Assembly: GCA_903824665.1 (NCBI GenBank)
Contig: CAIJXT010000019.1
Location: 101,472-165,471 of the forward strand
DNA from: an uncultured Bacteroidota bacterium
GTDB taxonomy: Bacteria > Bacteroidota > Bacteroidia > Chitinophagales > Chitinophagaceae
Reading direction: 5' to 3'
DNA length: 64,000 nt
The notes under the pieces are model-generated. The model had not been told where the DNA came from. It saw only the letters and a list, made by a program, of their open reading frames with translations, and did not search any database. Both the position numbers and the translations under genes were made by a program. Of this stretch, positions 10,654 to 20,049 are shown one piece after another (the stretch's first letter is position 1; the number at the start of each line of letters is the position of its first letter).

Positions 10654-11307
10654 CTATTTCGATACCGTCTTGGGCACTTTCTTCATCAGTTCGCTTTGCA
10701 CATACAGCTGATGCCTGTAGTTGGCCGAACCCTCCAAAATTTGAACCATTGCCTCAATCTCCATATCCCGGCCGGATGGGTCATAGTTTTGCCTGAGGTT
10801 ATTATTGAACATCAGCCCGACAGACTGCCATACCACTGCTGAAAAACCACTTTTCAATTCGCGAATAATGCTGTAACAATTCTGACCGGTCTGCCGGTTT
10901 ATCAACTTTATCAGCACATGCCCCTGATCTACGCTGAGATTCTTCAACGGCTCCTTGAAAGCGACATCCAGCTGTTTATCAATTCCCTTCAGGTATCTCC
11001 GCCTGTCGCGACGGCTGTCAAGCGTTTCGAGCGTGGTACCAACATCCTTCAGAATGGCTGCAGCGGTAATGGCATAAGGATAGACAACATAAATATCCCT
11101 GCGCAGGCGGTCTCGCCTGATACGGTCCTTGCCATCGATGTACATTCCGGTTCGCTCAAACTCGGGCAGGAATATAGTTGGGTAATTATGACCGTTGTAA
11201 ATAGTAGACCCCAACCTGATCGTATCATTAACAGACTCCTGTGCAGCGGCATTCAATGCAGCAGCAATCATCAGAAGAAAGAAGCCATATGTACGCTGTA
11301 TATGCAT
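10654..11307 (-). CDS. DUF4294 family protein
   Basis: VYPYA, LKNLSVDQGHVLIKLINRQTG, YDPSGRDMEIE; start placed at MHIQR, ahead of the signal peptide. Confidence 0.8.
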   Translation of the reverse strand: MHIQRTYGFFLLMIAAALNAAAQESVNDTIRLGSTIYNGHNYPTIFLPEFERTGMYIDGKDRIRRDRLRRDIYVVYPYAITAAAILKDVGTTLETLDSRRDRRRYLKGIDKQLDVAFKEPLKNLSVDQGHVLIKLINRQTGQNCYSIIRELKSGFSAVVWQSVGLMFNNNLRQNYDPSGRDMEIEAMVQILEGSANYRHQLYVQSELMKKVPKTVSK

Positions 11308-11439
11308 GCTGTTGCTCAATGTAAAATTCAGCAATTTTCGTGATAATAAACGCAGACACATCACTGAATATTGCTAATATGAAATGTTAATATTGAAATG
11401 TGGCATGATATTGGATACTGTCAGTTTAGTGCGAAACGA

Positions 11440-11447
11440 TACCTTTG
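11440..11447 (+). promoter_or_regulatory. Bacteroidota sigma-A -7 element (TACCTTTG)
   Basis: Matches TAnnTTTG, 10 nt before the ATG at 11458. Confidence 0.6.
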
Positions 11448-11457
11448 CACCTGGAAT

Positions 11458-11730
11458 ATGAACAAATTATTGATTGGAATTGGATTGGTGTTAGTATCAG
11501 GCATTTCGTCTTGCAGTAAGGAAGCACCCGTGCCGCTGACGCGCAGGCAGATACAAGAGCAAATAGACTCTATCACCCGCATAAGGGTAATGGAAGTAGA
11601 TGAAAGAGCAAAAAAGGATCTGGAACACCGGATAAAAATAGAAGTAAAAATAAAGGCCGACTCCATCTTGCAGGCAATGAAGACCGGCAAAACAGAAGAC
11701 ACCACCGCATTGCAACAAGCCAACGACTAA
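11458..11730 (+). CDS. Small lipoprotein
   Basis: MNKLLIGIGLVLVSGISSC lipoprotein signal. Confidence 0.7.
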   Translation: MNKLLIGIGLVLVSGISSCSKEAPVPLTRRQIQEQIDSITRIRVMEVDERAKKDLEHRIKIEVKIKADSILQAMKTGKTEDTTALQQAND

Positions 11731-11733
11731 AAT

Positions 11734-12147
11734 GTGAATCCACAGCTCCATTCATCGCCCGTACTTTACTTTGATGGTGTCTGCAACCTGTGTAACCGTT
11801 TTGTACAATTTGTAATACGGCGGGACAGAAAAAAAATATTCTTCTTTGGGCCTTTGCAGTCTGATGCCGGTACAAAGGCAATGCAGCAGGTAAAATTACC
11901 CAGCGACAAGCCCGGAAGTGTGATACTATTCAGCAACGGCAAGTACTACACACGATCAGCTGCGGCACTGCATACCTTTCAATTGCTGGGTGGTGGGTGG
12001 CAACTGCTATTTGTTTTTATTCTGATTCCGCCTTTCATCAGGGACGCCGTATATAACCTGATCGCACGCAACAGATACAAATGGTTTGGCAGGCAGGCAT
12101 CCTGTATGTTGCCGACAGCCGAGACCGCCAATCGTTTTGTTAACTAA
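11734..12147 (+). CDS. DCC1-like thiol-disulfide oxidoreductase (DUF393)
   Basis: YFDGVCNLCN (DxxCxxC), YNLIARNRYKWFGR..C. Confidence 0.9.
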   Translation: MNPQLHSSPVLYFDGVCNLCNRFVQFVIRRDRKKIFFFGPLQSDAGTKAMQQVKLPSDKPGSVILFSNGKYYTRSAAALHTFQLLGGGWQLLFVFILIPPFIRDAVYNLIARNRYKWFGRQASCMLPTAETANRFVN

Positions 12148-12188
12148 TTATTTTTCACTCAGCAATGTTAACTGTCTTAAATTTGGGT

Positions 12189-13643
12189 ATGATAGTGATT
12201 AAACGGTTTCTTACCGTGTTGCTGGTAATCCTGCTCGTGAATACAGCATACAGTCAGGAAGTAATTTATGCCCCCTACGACAAATTTGACTACCGTTCAG
12301 ATGCATATGCTGTTGTAGGGATGTGTGGAGGCAACCTTTATACCTATATCAGAAACGAGGAAGGATCGAGGCTGGACGCATATAACGACTCGATGGTAAA
12401 GGTCGCCACCGTGATTCTTGATTTTTTCCCACAACGGATCTATCAGGTGCGCTTTATTGCTTACCCCGATAAAATGATGGTGTTGTACCAGGCACTCGAA
12501 AGCAACAAAGTAGTACAGTATGCTGCACTGCTGGATGCCAATGGCCTGCTGATCAACAAACCGATTGAGATCAGCAGCACGAAAACAGGCATCTTTGGTG
12601 CAACGAAAAACTACTATTCCTCGTCATACTCGGACAACAAAAAGTCGATACTGATCTACACCGCAAATGATAAAGGCAGCTCTATAGAATTTGCGGGTAA
12701 GTGGCTGGATGAAAACGCCAAAATAACGAATCAATGCAAGCTCTCGTTTGAAACAGACAATGTACCAGAGCATGGCGAAGTGAATGTTGCCAATGATGGC
12801 ACCGTGTATATGGCTGCCTATACACCGATAGGATCAGAGAATTATGCAGATCAGTATTGGCTGCTGAAATTGAAACCGGGAGCGGATAAGTTTGAAGCTA
12901 CCGAACTGAAAATGGGTGACAAATTTGCTACCAGCGGGTATACCAGGGTGGACAACGTGAACAACAGAGTATACTTTGGCGGTTTTTATTCCAATGCCCG
13001 TAACGGCAACTTCGATGGCTTCATTTACGCATCATACGATATCAATTCAGGAGCTTTCACAAGCACCCGCTTTATCCCTTTCGGAAACGAACTGATTGCT
13101 GAGGCATCGAGAGGTCAGCGCAGGTACACTTTCGACAACTTTCTGGTAAGGCAATTGATTGTGAAAAATGACGGTGGATTTGTACTCATATCCGAATCGC
13201 ACTACGTAACCCAGCGCAGTAGCTATACACCGGGCTTTGGATACTACTCTTTCTACACACCCTACATGAATTCTCAGGTACGGGAATACCATTACAATGA
13301 AATAATGGCTTTGGCTTACGACAAAGATGGTGTAAAAGAATGGAATGCATTTATTCCCAAACAGCAATATTCGCAGGAAGATGAGGGTGTATTTTCATCG
13401 TATGCATTGCTGAACACCGGTGGTACACTTGCATTTCTGTTCAATGACTTCGACCCGCACCACTCGCGCATTCAGCTGGCCACACTCAGTGCAGATGGCA
13501 AAAAAGAGGTGCACGGCCTTGCGGCTGAAGGCATAGAGGTGCCAGATTGGCTGCCACGGTCTGCAAAGCAAGTGGCGGGACGTATTCTGCTGGTTCCCTG
13601 TTTCCACAAAAAACAAATTTGCTTTGCCAAAGTGAAATTCTGA
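12189..13643 (+). CDS. Secreted hypothetical protein (beta-rich)
   Basis: Long ORF with a signal peptide and no recognised domain; start could be 12165, 12189 or 12195; TAAATTTG at 12178-12185. Confidence 0.7.
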   Translation: MIVIKRFLTVLLVILLVNTAYSQEVIYAPYDKFDYRSDAYAVVGMCGGNLYTYIRNEEGSRLDAYNDSMVKVATVILDFFPQRIYQVRFIAYPDKMMVLYQALESNKVVQYAALLDANGLLINKPIEISSTKTGIFGATKNYYSSSYSDNKKSILIYTANDKGSSIEFAGKWLDENAKITNQCKLSFETDNVPEHGEVNVANDGTVYMAAYTPIGSENYADQYWLLKLKPGADKFEATELKMGDKFATSGYTRVDNVNNRVYFGGFYSNARNGNFDGFIYASYDINSGAFTSTRFIPFGNELIAEASRGQRRYTFDNFLVRQLIVKNDGGFVLISESHYVTQRSSYTPGFGYYSFYTPYMNSQVREYHYNEIMALAYDKDGVKEWNAFIPKQQYSQEDEGVFSSYALLNTGGTLAFLFNDFDPHHSRIQLATLSADGKKEVHGLAAEGIEVPDWLPRSAKQVAGRILLVPCFHKKQICFAKVKF

Positions 13644-13669
13644 CCAGAATTTCACTTTGGCAAAGCAAA
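13618..13669. repeat. Perfect 24-bp inverted repeat, probable bidirectional terminator
   Basis: tttgctttgccaaagtgaaattct-gacc-agaatttcactttggcaaagcaaa between convergent genes. Confidence 0.85.
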
Positions 13670-13695
13670 CCTACAAACAGGTGATCACCTGACAA

Positions 13696-16518
13696 CTATA
13701 CAGTAACCGGCGTACCGTTGATACCGGTTTTGGGGTTCTTAAACTCACCCTTACTTTTCCTTATGCGGCACGAAACAACCTTGTACTCAGGACACAATGC
13801 CTCCGAGTCGGAAATGCTGCTTGTGATATTGTTAAGCATAATTTCGGGGAAGTGAAAAGTGCTGCTCAAAATACCTGGCTTTACTTCGTCAGTTATCCTG
13901 GCTTTAATATCCACCTTTCCGCGGGGAGACTCCACGCACACCATATCGCCATCGTTGATAAGGTGTTTGGCGGCATCCTCAGCATTGATCAGTAACACAT
14001 CGTCGGTTACAATCAGCACATTGTTCGTTCTGCGGGTCATCGCTCCGCAATTGTAATGCTCCAGTTCTCTGTTGGTAGTGATGATGTAGGGATAGTCTTT
14101 TTCATTTTGCACAAGTTCTTCTGACTTCCTGTACTTATTGTGAATGAACCTACCCTTACCAATTTTGAAGGATTCTGTGTGAAGTATTTCGGTTCCTTTA
14201 CCTTCTTTGTTAACCGGCCATTGTTTACCATCGCTGCCAAGGGTATCCCAGGTGACTCCTTCAAAAAACGGTACTATTCTCGATACCTCTTCGAGTACCC
14301 ATTCGGGGTGATAGTCTGGTTGAGGATAGCCCATGCGATTCATGATATCCACCATAATCTGCCCATCACTCTTCGTACCCTCAATTGGCGCTACAACGGC
14401 GTTTACCCGCTGTATTCTCCGTTCGCCATTAGTAAACGTACCACTCTTCTCGAGAAACGAAGATGCAGGCAAAATGACAGTAGCCAGCTTGGCTGTTTCG
14501 GTCATAAACAACTCCTGAACGACAAACAATTCAAGCTCTTTTAAAGCCTTTACAACGTGTTGTGTATTGGGATCGGTCTGTGCCATATCCTCTCCTATCA
14601 CCCACATTGCTTTCATTTTTCCACTCAGCGCCGCATCGTACATCTGTGGGATCTTAAGACCGGCATAGTTGGGTAACTTAGCATTGTAAAATTCTTCGTA
14701 TTTTTTGTGGTATTCTGGTACAGACACATCAAAGTAGCCGGCACCCTGATAAGGCTGGCAACCCATGTCTGCTGACCCCTGTACATTGTTCTGACCGCGC
14801 AAAGGGTTTACCCCAACACCTGGCCGGCCCACATTACCAGTAATCATAGCCAGACTGGTGATCATCATTATTGTGAATGTACCCTGTGAATGTTCTGTAA
14901 CTCCTAGGCCATGAAATTCCATTGCATTTGGGGCGCTTGCATAGGCAATAGCAGCAGCGCGCACCAGCTGTTTATCTACTCCACAAATCCGCTCCAGCTC
15001 ATCGACATTTTGTGCAAGTATCTCCTGCTTAAATTCCTCATACCCCTCTGTCCTGTTTGCAATGAAATCTTTGTCTTCCCTACCCTCGCTGATGATGTAG
15101 TAGAGCATCATATTGAGCACAGCCATATTGGTGCCGGGACGCAATTGCAAATGGTATGTTGCATACTTTGCAAGCTCTGTACGGCGCGGATCAATAACGA
15201 TTGAAGTCTTACCACTCATCGCCACCTGCTTGAGTTTGGCACCGGTTACCGGATGTCCGTCGGTAGGGTTGGCACCGATCACCAGTATGCAGTCAGTAAG
15301 TTTCAGATCGCGTATAGAGTTGGTGGCAGCGCCGGTACCGAAGGTACGCTGCATGCCTATGGCCGTGGGCGAATGGCAGACGCGTGCGCAGCAATCTATG
15401 TTATTCGTTCCCATCACTGCACGTGTAAACTTCTGCATGAGGTAGTTCTCTTCATTCGTTCCACGAGAAGAAGATACACCTGCAAATGAATCGGGACCGT
15501 ACTTTTGTTTTATTTCTGTTAGTTTCTGAGTGATAAAATCATACGCTTCATCCCAGGTTGCCGGCACAAACTCGCCGTTGCGTTTTATCAGCGGGGTGCG
15601 CAGCCGGTCTTTGTGGTTATAGAATGAAAATGCATAACGGCCTTTGAGGCAGGTGTGACCCTGATTGGTATCGGCATCGTACGGTGCCTGAATTGATTTA
15701 ATCTTCCCACCTTTTACAGCAACTTCGAGGTTACAACCTACACCACAATAGGTGCATACCGTACGCACCTTTTCGTCTACCTGAATCGACTTGGACTCGA
15801 AGATGTCGGATATAGCGGATGTAGGACAAGCCTGCGCACAGGCACCACAGCTTACACAGTCGCTTTGCTCGAATGTAGTCTCCAGACTTTTTATGATGTG
15901 ACTATCAAAACCTCTGCCTCCCATGCTGAGTACGAACTGTCCCTGCACCTCGTCGCAGGCACGCACACAACGGAAACAATTGATGCATTTTGAAAAATCC
16001 GAGGTCATGTAGGCGTGACTCAGGTCTTTTTTCCTGTCCAGATGGTTCTTCCCTTCGGGGTAACGCACGTCGCGTATACCTACCTTAGCTGCAACCGACT
16101 GTAATTCGCAATTATTGTTGACCTCGCAGGTGAGGCAGTCGAGCGGGTGATCGGTAAGAACAAGCTCTACAATATTCTTGCGTAGTTTTTGAATTCGGTC
16201 TGATTCGGGATAAATGAACGAACCCGGCATTATAGGTGTATGGCAGGAAGCCATTGTTTTTACCGGTCCTCCTTTAGTAAGCGCCACATCTACACTGCAT
16301 ACTCTGCATGACCCGAAAGGATCGAGATTTGGTGCATCGCAAAGTGTGGGTACAGCATCCTTCCCAAAATGCCTGCGCATCACAGCCAGTATGGTGTCTC
16401 CCTCTTTTATTTCGTACGGTTGGTCATTGATATAGGCAACTTTGCCGGAAACCTTTGCCGGTTCATTGCCGGAACCACCAGAATTAGGCTTATTTTCCAC
16501 GAAATACTGCTTGCTCAT
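13696..16518 (-). CDS. fdhF: Formate dehydrogenase alpha subunit (FdhF/FdsA-type, Cys-ligated Mo/W-bisPGD, cytoplasmic)
   Basis: 2Fe-2S CDAP..SCRVC..C; HPLDCLTC..C; CINCFRCVRAC and CVSCGACAQACP; CTYCGVGC; active site CARVCH and LRGQNNVQG; no Tat signal; start placed at MSKQYF. Confidence 0.9.
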   Translation of the reverse strand: MSKQYFVENKPNSGGSGNEPAKVSGKVAYINDQPYEIKEGDTILAVMRRHFGKDAVPTLCDAPNLDPFGSCRVCSVDVALTKGGPVKTMASCHTPIMPGSFIYPESDRIQKLRKNIVELVLTDHPLDCLTCEVNNNCELQSVAAKVGIRDVRYPEGKNHLDRKKDLSHAYMTSDFSKCINCFRCVRACDEVQGQFVLSMGGRGFDSHIIKSLETTFEQSDCVSCGACAQACPTSAISDIFESKSIQVDEKVRTVCTYCGVGCNLEVAVKGGKIKSIQAPYDADTNQGHTCLKGRYAFSFYNHKDRLRTPLIKRNGEFVPATWDEAYDFITQKLTEIKQKYGPDSFAGVSSSRGTNEENYLMQKFTRAVMGTNNIDCCARVCHSPTAIGMQRTFGTGAATNSIRDLKLTDCILVIGANPTDGHPVTGAKLKQVAMSGKTSIVIDPRRTELAKYATYHLQLRPGTNMAVLNMMLYYIISEGREDKDFIANRTEGYEEFKQEILAQNVDELERICGVDKQLVRAAAIAYASAPNAMEFHGLGVTEHSQGTFTIMMITSLAMITGNVGRPGVGVNPLRGQNNVQGSADMGCQPYQGAGYFDVSVPEYHKKYEEFYNAKLPNYAGLKIPQMYDAALSGKMKAMWVIGEDMAQTDPNTQHVVKALKELELFVVQELFMTETAKLATVILPASSFLEKSGTFTNGERRIQRVNAVVAPIEGTKSDGQIMVDIMNRMGYPQPDYHPEWVLEEVSRIVPFFEGVTWDTLGSDGKQWPVNKEGKGTEILHTESFKIGKGRFIHNKYRKSEELVQNEKDYPYIITTNRELEHYNCGAMTRRTNNVLIVTDDVLLINAEDAAKHLINDGDMVCVESPRGKVDIKARITDEVKPGILSSTFHFPEIMLNNITSSISDSEALCPEYKVVSCRIRKSKGEFKNPKTGINGTPVTV

Positions 16519-17075
16519 AGTCTTGTGTTTTGTACAAGTTAAAACGATTACACACCGAACATCCCCATTAAAACTGGCTGCAGTCGCAATGACCCAACCA
16601 CGCAATTTCAAATATAACGAAATTTGAGAAAAAAACCGAAATACAGGTGTTATGAAGCTGCTTGCCTGAGCCAATTCCAATATGTCCGGATGGTTCTTTC
16701 TTTGATTTAACTATTTCAGAAAAACATCTACAATCCAGCATTCAATACCTAATTCCAGCCAACGTATTGCTACATTGGAAGGCATGTAAAACGGCCACCT
16801 ATGTCTATTCCTGAATAAATGCATCACAGCTACATTTCCGAACTACTCTATGACCAGGACCATCAGTCACACCTCTTCCATCAGAAAAAATACCATTTTT
16901 TTAAATTTTCATAGCTACTTCTTTATATAATATTGATCAAAATTTACTATCCATTGAAAACCATGACTAAGGTCAGGTTATTTTTAAAAGCAAACATGAT
17001 TTGCATCATAATTCACATCTAATACAAATCGCATTTTTGCTGTTACTAATAAATATTACCCAAACCAAAAACAAA

Positions 17076-18752
17076 ATGACTACCCAAAAACTCTCACCAC
17101 CGCAAAGACTCGTTGCACCGTACCTGATTTTTGGAATACTATATATTCTATTTTCAGATAAACTGGTGCGACTGGCATTCGCAAACAGCGATACGATTAC
17201 AACAGTGCAGACCTATAAGGGCCTTGCTTTTGTGATGCTTACCGGTGCATTGATCTATATGCTCTCGAAGGAATATACCAGCAAGGTCACTGAAGTAAGC
17301 CGAACAGCCGCGTTTCGTGATGAGTTCTACAGGGCGCTAATAGTGAACGCCGGCGACCTTACGATTCTGACGGACAGAAATAGTATCATGCAGTTTACCG
17401 GTCCGAGTATAACCAAATTGCTTGGTTATACAGACACAGAGCTGCTAAAAGTGAGTGTGTTCGAATTTGTACACCCTGCTGATCTTCAAAAATTGTTGAT
17501 CTTTCACGACGAAATTGTTGCACATCCCGATCATCTGTATACCTGCGAAACCAGAATTCGCCATAAAAACGGCGACTATCTCTGGATGGAGGGAACCATC
17601 ATCAACAAATTGAATGACCCAATAATTGGTGGAATCGTGACCACTGCCAGAATCACCAACGCAAGACGACTTGAAGAAGACAAGATCAAGGCTAGTGAAC
17701 GGTTATTCCGCTCTGCATTTGAGCAGGTAGCTGTGGGTATGGCCAATCTCAGCCTGGGCGGTGAATGGATCAGGATGAATGACCAGATCTGCAAGATAAC
17801 CGGCTATTCTCACGACGAATTGTCCGGGACCCGCTATGAAAAGCTTTACAACTCAGCATATCAGGCTGCAGCAATAACCGAGTTCCGCAACATAACAGGT
17901 GGTAAAAAGCAAGACCAATGCACCACAAGGAAATTTCTAAAAAAGGACGGCTCGTCGATCTGGGTTGAGTGCCTGCTAACACTGATATCTGATGAACAGC
18001 AACAACCGCTCTATATCGCCGTAGTTGTAAAAGATATTGACATGGCGCGCAGAACCGAGCATCAGCTGGAATACAGAAACAAAGAGCTGGATACCTTTAT
18101 CTACCGCTCCTCCCACGATCTGCGTGGCCCCATAACTACTTTAATGGGTTTGTCTGACATCGCCCGACTGGATGCGCCGGATGAAAAAACCAGGGACTAT
18201 TTTACGGATTGCTATAATGTGGCCAAGAAGATGGAAAAAACGCTCCGCGACCTTATGGCTGTAACCCAGATAAAGCAAGGCGCTGTGGTGATAAAAGAAA
18301 TAACGCCCAGAGCGCTGTTGTATACACACCTGAACTCCAAGAAGATAAATGGCTCATTGGGTGACATATCGCTATGTACAGAAGTAAATGATGATGCAAA
18401 ATACTATTCTGACGAATCTTTGTTTCGCCTGGTTGTAAGCCATCTGGTCGACAATGCGATAGCGTTCAGCAATCCATCAAAGGCGGCAAAAGTATTCGTC
18501 AGTATTCAGCAAAAAGATCAAAAGATCAATCTGATCGTGATGGACAATGGAATCGGTATTCCGGATGATGAGGCAGGGCAGATTTTCGACCTTTATTTCC
18601 GTGGGCGCAATGTACAACGAGGTAGCGGAATTGGCCTGTATCTGGTGAAATCTGCGATTGAAAAACTGGGCGGAACAATTGATGTTTCAAGTTCTGAGGA
18701 GACAGGAACCAAAGTAACTGTTTCTCTTCCCAACAAATTTCCTGTAAGCTGA
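17076..18752 (+). CDS. Membrane PAS-PAS sensor histidine kinase
   Basis: Two TM helices, two PAS/PAC domains (HKNGDYLW, KKDGSSIW), H-box SHDLRGP, DNGIGI and GSGIGLYLVK; start placed at MTTQK. Confidence 0.9.
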   Translation: MTTQKLSPPQRLVAPYLIFGILYILFSDKLVRLAFANSDTITTVQTYKGLAFVMLTGALIYMLSKEYTSKVTEVSRTAAFRDEFYRALIVNAGDLTILTDRNSIMQFTGPSITKLLGYTDTELLKVSVFEFVHPADLQKLLIFHDEIVAHPDHLYTCETRIRHKNGDYLWMEGTIINKLNDPIIGGIVTTARITNARRLEEDKIKASERLFRSAFEQVAVGMANLSLGGEWIRMNDQICKITGYSHDELSGTRYEKLYNSAYQAAAITEFRNITGGKKQDQCTTRKFLKKDGSSIWVECLLTLISDEQQQPLYIAVVVKDIDMARRTEHQLEYRNKELDTFIYRSSHDLRGPITTLMGLSDIARLDAPDEKTRDYFTDCYNVAKKMEKTLRDLMAVTQIKQGAVVIKEITPRALLYTHLNSKKINGSLGDISLCTEVNDDAKYYSDESLFRLVVSHLVDNAIAFSNPSKAAKVFVSIQQKDQKINLIVMDNGIGIPDDEAGQIFDLYFRGRNVQRGSGIGLYLVKSAIEKLGGTIDVSSSEETGTKVTVSLPNKFPVS

Positions 18753-18774
18753 AACATGATTACCAGAAAAGTCA

Positions 18775-19137
18775 TCAATATTGTCCGGTGCCCAGCATCA
18801 CGAGTGTGCAGGCTTCCTGAACCTTAATCCCTTGCTTTGACGCCATCTGCTCCAATTCTTCGTTCTCTGTACCGGGATTAAAAATGATGCGACGTGGCTT
18901 GAGACCCAGAATGTAATCGTAATATGCTTCCTGATTGTCGGGATTAAGATATAGCGTAACAGTATCAATCTCATCACTGGGAACGGGCTTATTTTCAATC
19001 TTAATACCATTGACATTGCCTGCCTGTTTACCAACGGCAACTACGTCGTGACCCTTTGCCTGCAGACGCAACATAGCCATGTTGCTATACCGACCAGGAT
19101 TCTCTGACGCGCCTAAAACCAGTGTTTTATTCTTCAT
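18775..19137 (-). CDS. CoA-binding protein (YccU-like)
   Basis: TLVLGASENPGRYS, IFNPGTEN, ACTLVML. Confidence 0.9.
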   Translation of the reverse strand: MKNKTLVLGASENPGRYSNMAMLRLQAKGHDVVAVGKQAGNVNGIKIENKPVPSDEIDTVTLYLNPDNQEAYYDYILGLKPRRIIFNPGTENEELEQMASKQGIKVQEACTLVMLGTGQY

Positions 19138-19216
19138 GGTGTCTTGGTTTGGAAAAGAACATAAAGTTACGCCGATCGCTGTTTACAGATTGTGAATATT
19201 CTTAGCCATTTTCGCC

Positions 19217-19993
19217 TCACAAGGACATTGCGACCATTTCAGCAATATCCAGCACCTTTACGCTGTCTTCTTTTTCTTTGTTCTTCACACCATCGGTAAG
19301 CATGGTGGTACAGAAAGGACAATTGGCGGCAATTATAGTAGCTCCGGTATCCAAGGCCTGTTCTGCTCTTTCAAAGTTGACACGGTTGGTGCCTGGCTCT
19401 TCCTCCTTAAACATCTGGGCACCACCGGCACCGCAGCACATACCATTGCTACGGCAGCGTTTCATCTCCACCAGTTCTGTATCGAATGCCTGAAGCACCT
19501 CTCGTGGCGCCTCGTATATGCCATTGCCACGTCCCAGATAACAGCTATCGTGGTAGGTGATTTTCTTTCCCTTGAAGGCACCACCATCTTTGAGTACAAT
19601 CTTGCCTTCGTTGAGCAATTGCTGAAGGAAAGTAGTGTGGTGCATTACTTCGTAGTTTCCTCCGAGCTTAGGGTATTCATTTTTGAAAATATTAAAGCAG
19701 TGCGGGCAAATGGTAACAACCTTCTTTATGCCGTATGCATTGAGGGTATTGATGTTGTTGTATGCCATCATCTGAAAAAGAAACTCATTACCTGCCCTTC
19801 GAGCCGGGTCACCGGTGCACATCTCTTCCTTGCCCAGAATTGCGAAGTGCACACCCACCTTGTCCAGAATTTGCGTGAATGCCCTTGTGATACGCTGAGC
19901 CCGCTGATCGAACGATCCGGCACAACCTACCCAGAACAACACTTCCGGCATCTCTCCACCCGCGGCATATTCTGCCATACTTTTTATTGCCAT
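19217..19993 (-). CDS. CCG-domain (Fe-S)-binding oxidoreductase subunit (GlpC/HdrD-like)
   Basis: WVGCAGSFD, CTGDPARRAG, CPHCFN, YHDSCYLGR, MCCGAGG, CPFC; start placed at MAIKS. Confidence 0.85.
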   Translation of the reverse strand: MAIKSMAEYAAGGEMPEVLFWVGCAGSFDQRAQRITRAFTQILDKVGVHFAILGKEEMCTGDPARRAGNEFLFQMMAYNNINTLNAYGIKKVVTICPHCFNIFKNEYPKLGGNYEVMHHTTFLQQLLNEGKIVLKDGGAFKGKKITYHDSCYLGRGNGIYEAPREVLQAFDTELVEMKRCRSNGMCCGAGGAQMFKEEEPGTNRVNFERAEQALDTGATIIAANCPFCTTMLTDGVKNKEKEDSVKVLDIAEMVAMSL

Positions 19994-20049
19994 GCTACTT
20001 GCTTTTTTTGTTTTTTGCAGATCCCTATCTGATACACACAATCAGTGCA

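Noticed and set aside
13696-16518. Selenocysteine in the formate dehydrogenase
   Set aside because: The active site reads CARVCH with a normal Cys codon and the ORF is uninterrupted
16519-16680. 54-aa N-terminal extension of FDH given by the ORF track
   Set aside because: It starts at TTG and reads like non-coding DNA. MSKQYF at 16518 is the more plausible start; similar trimming was applied to several other ORFs.
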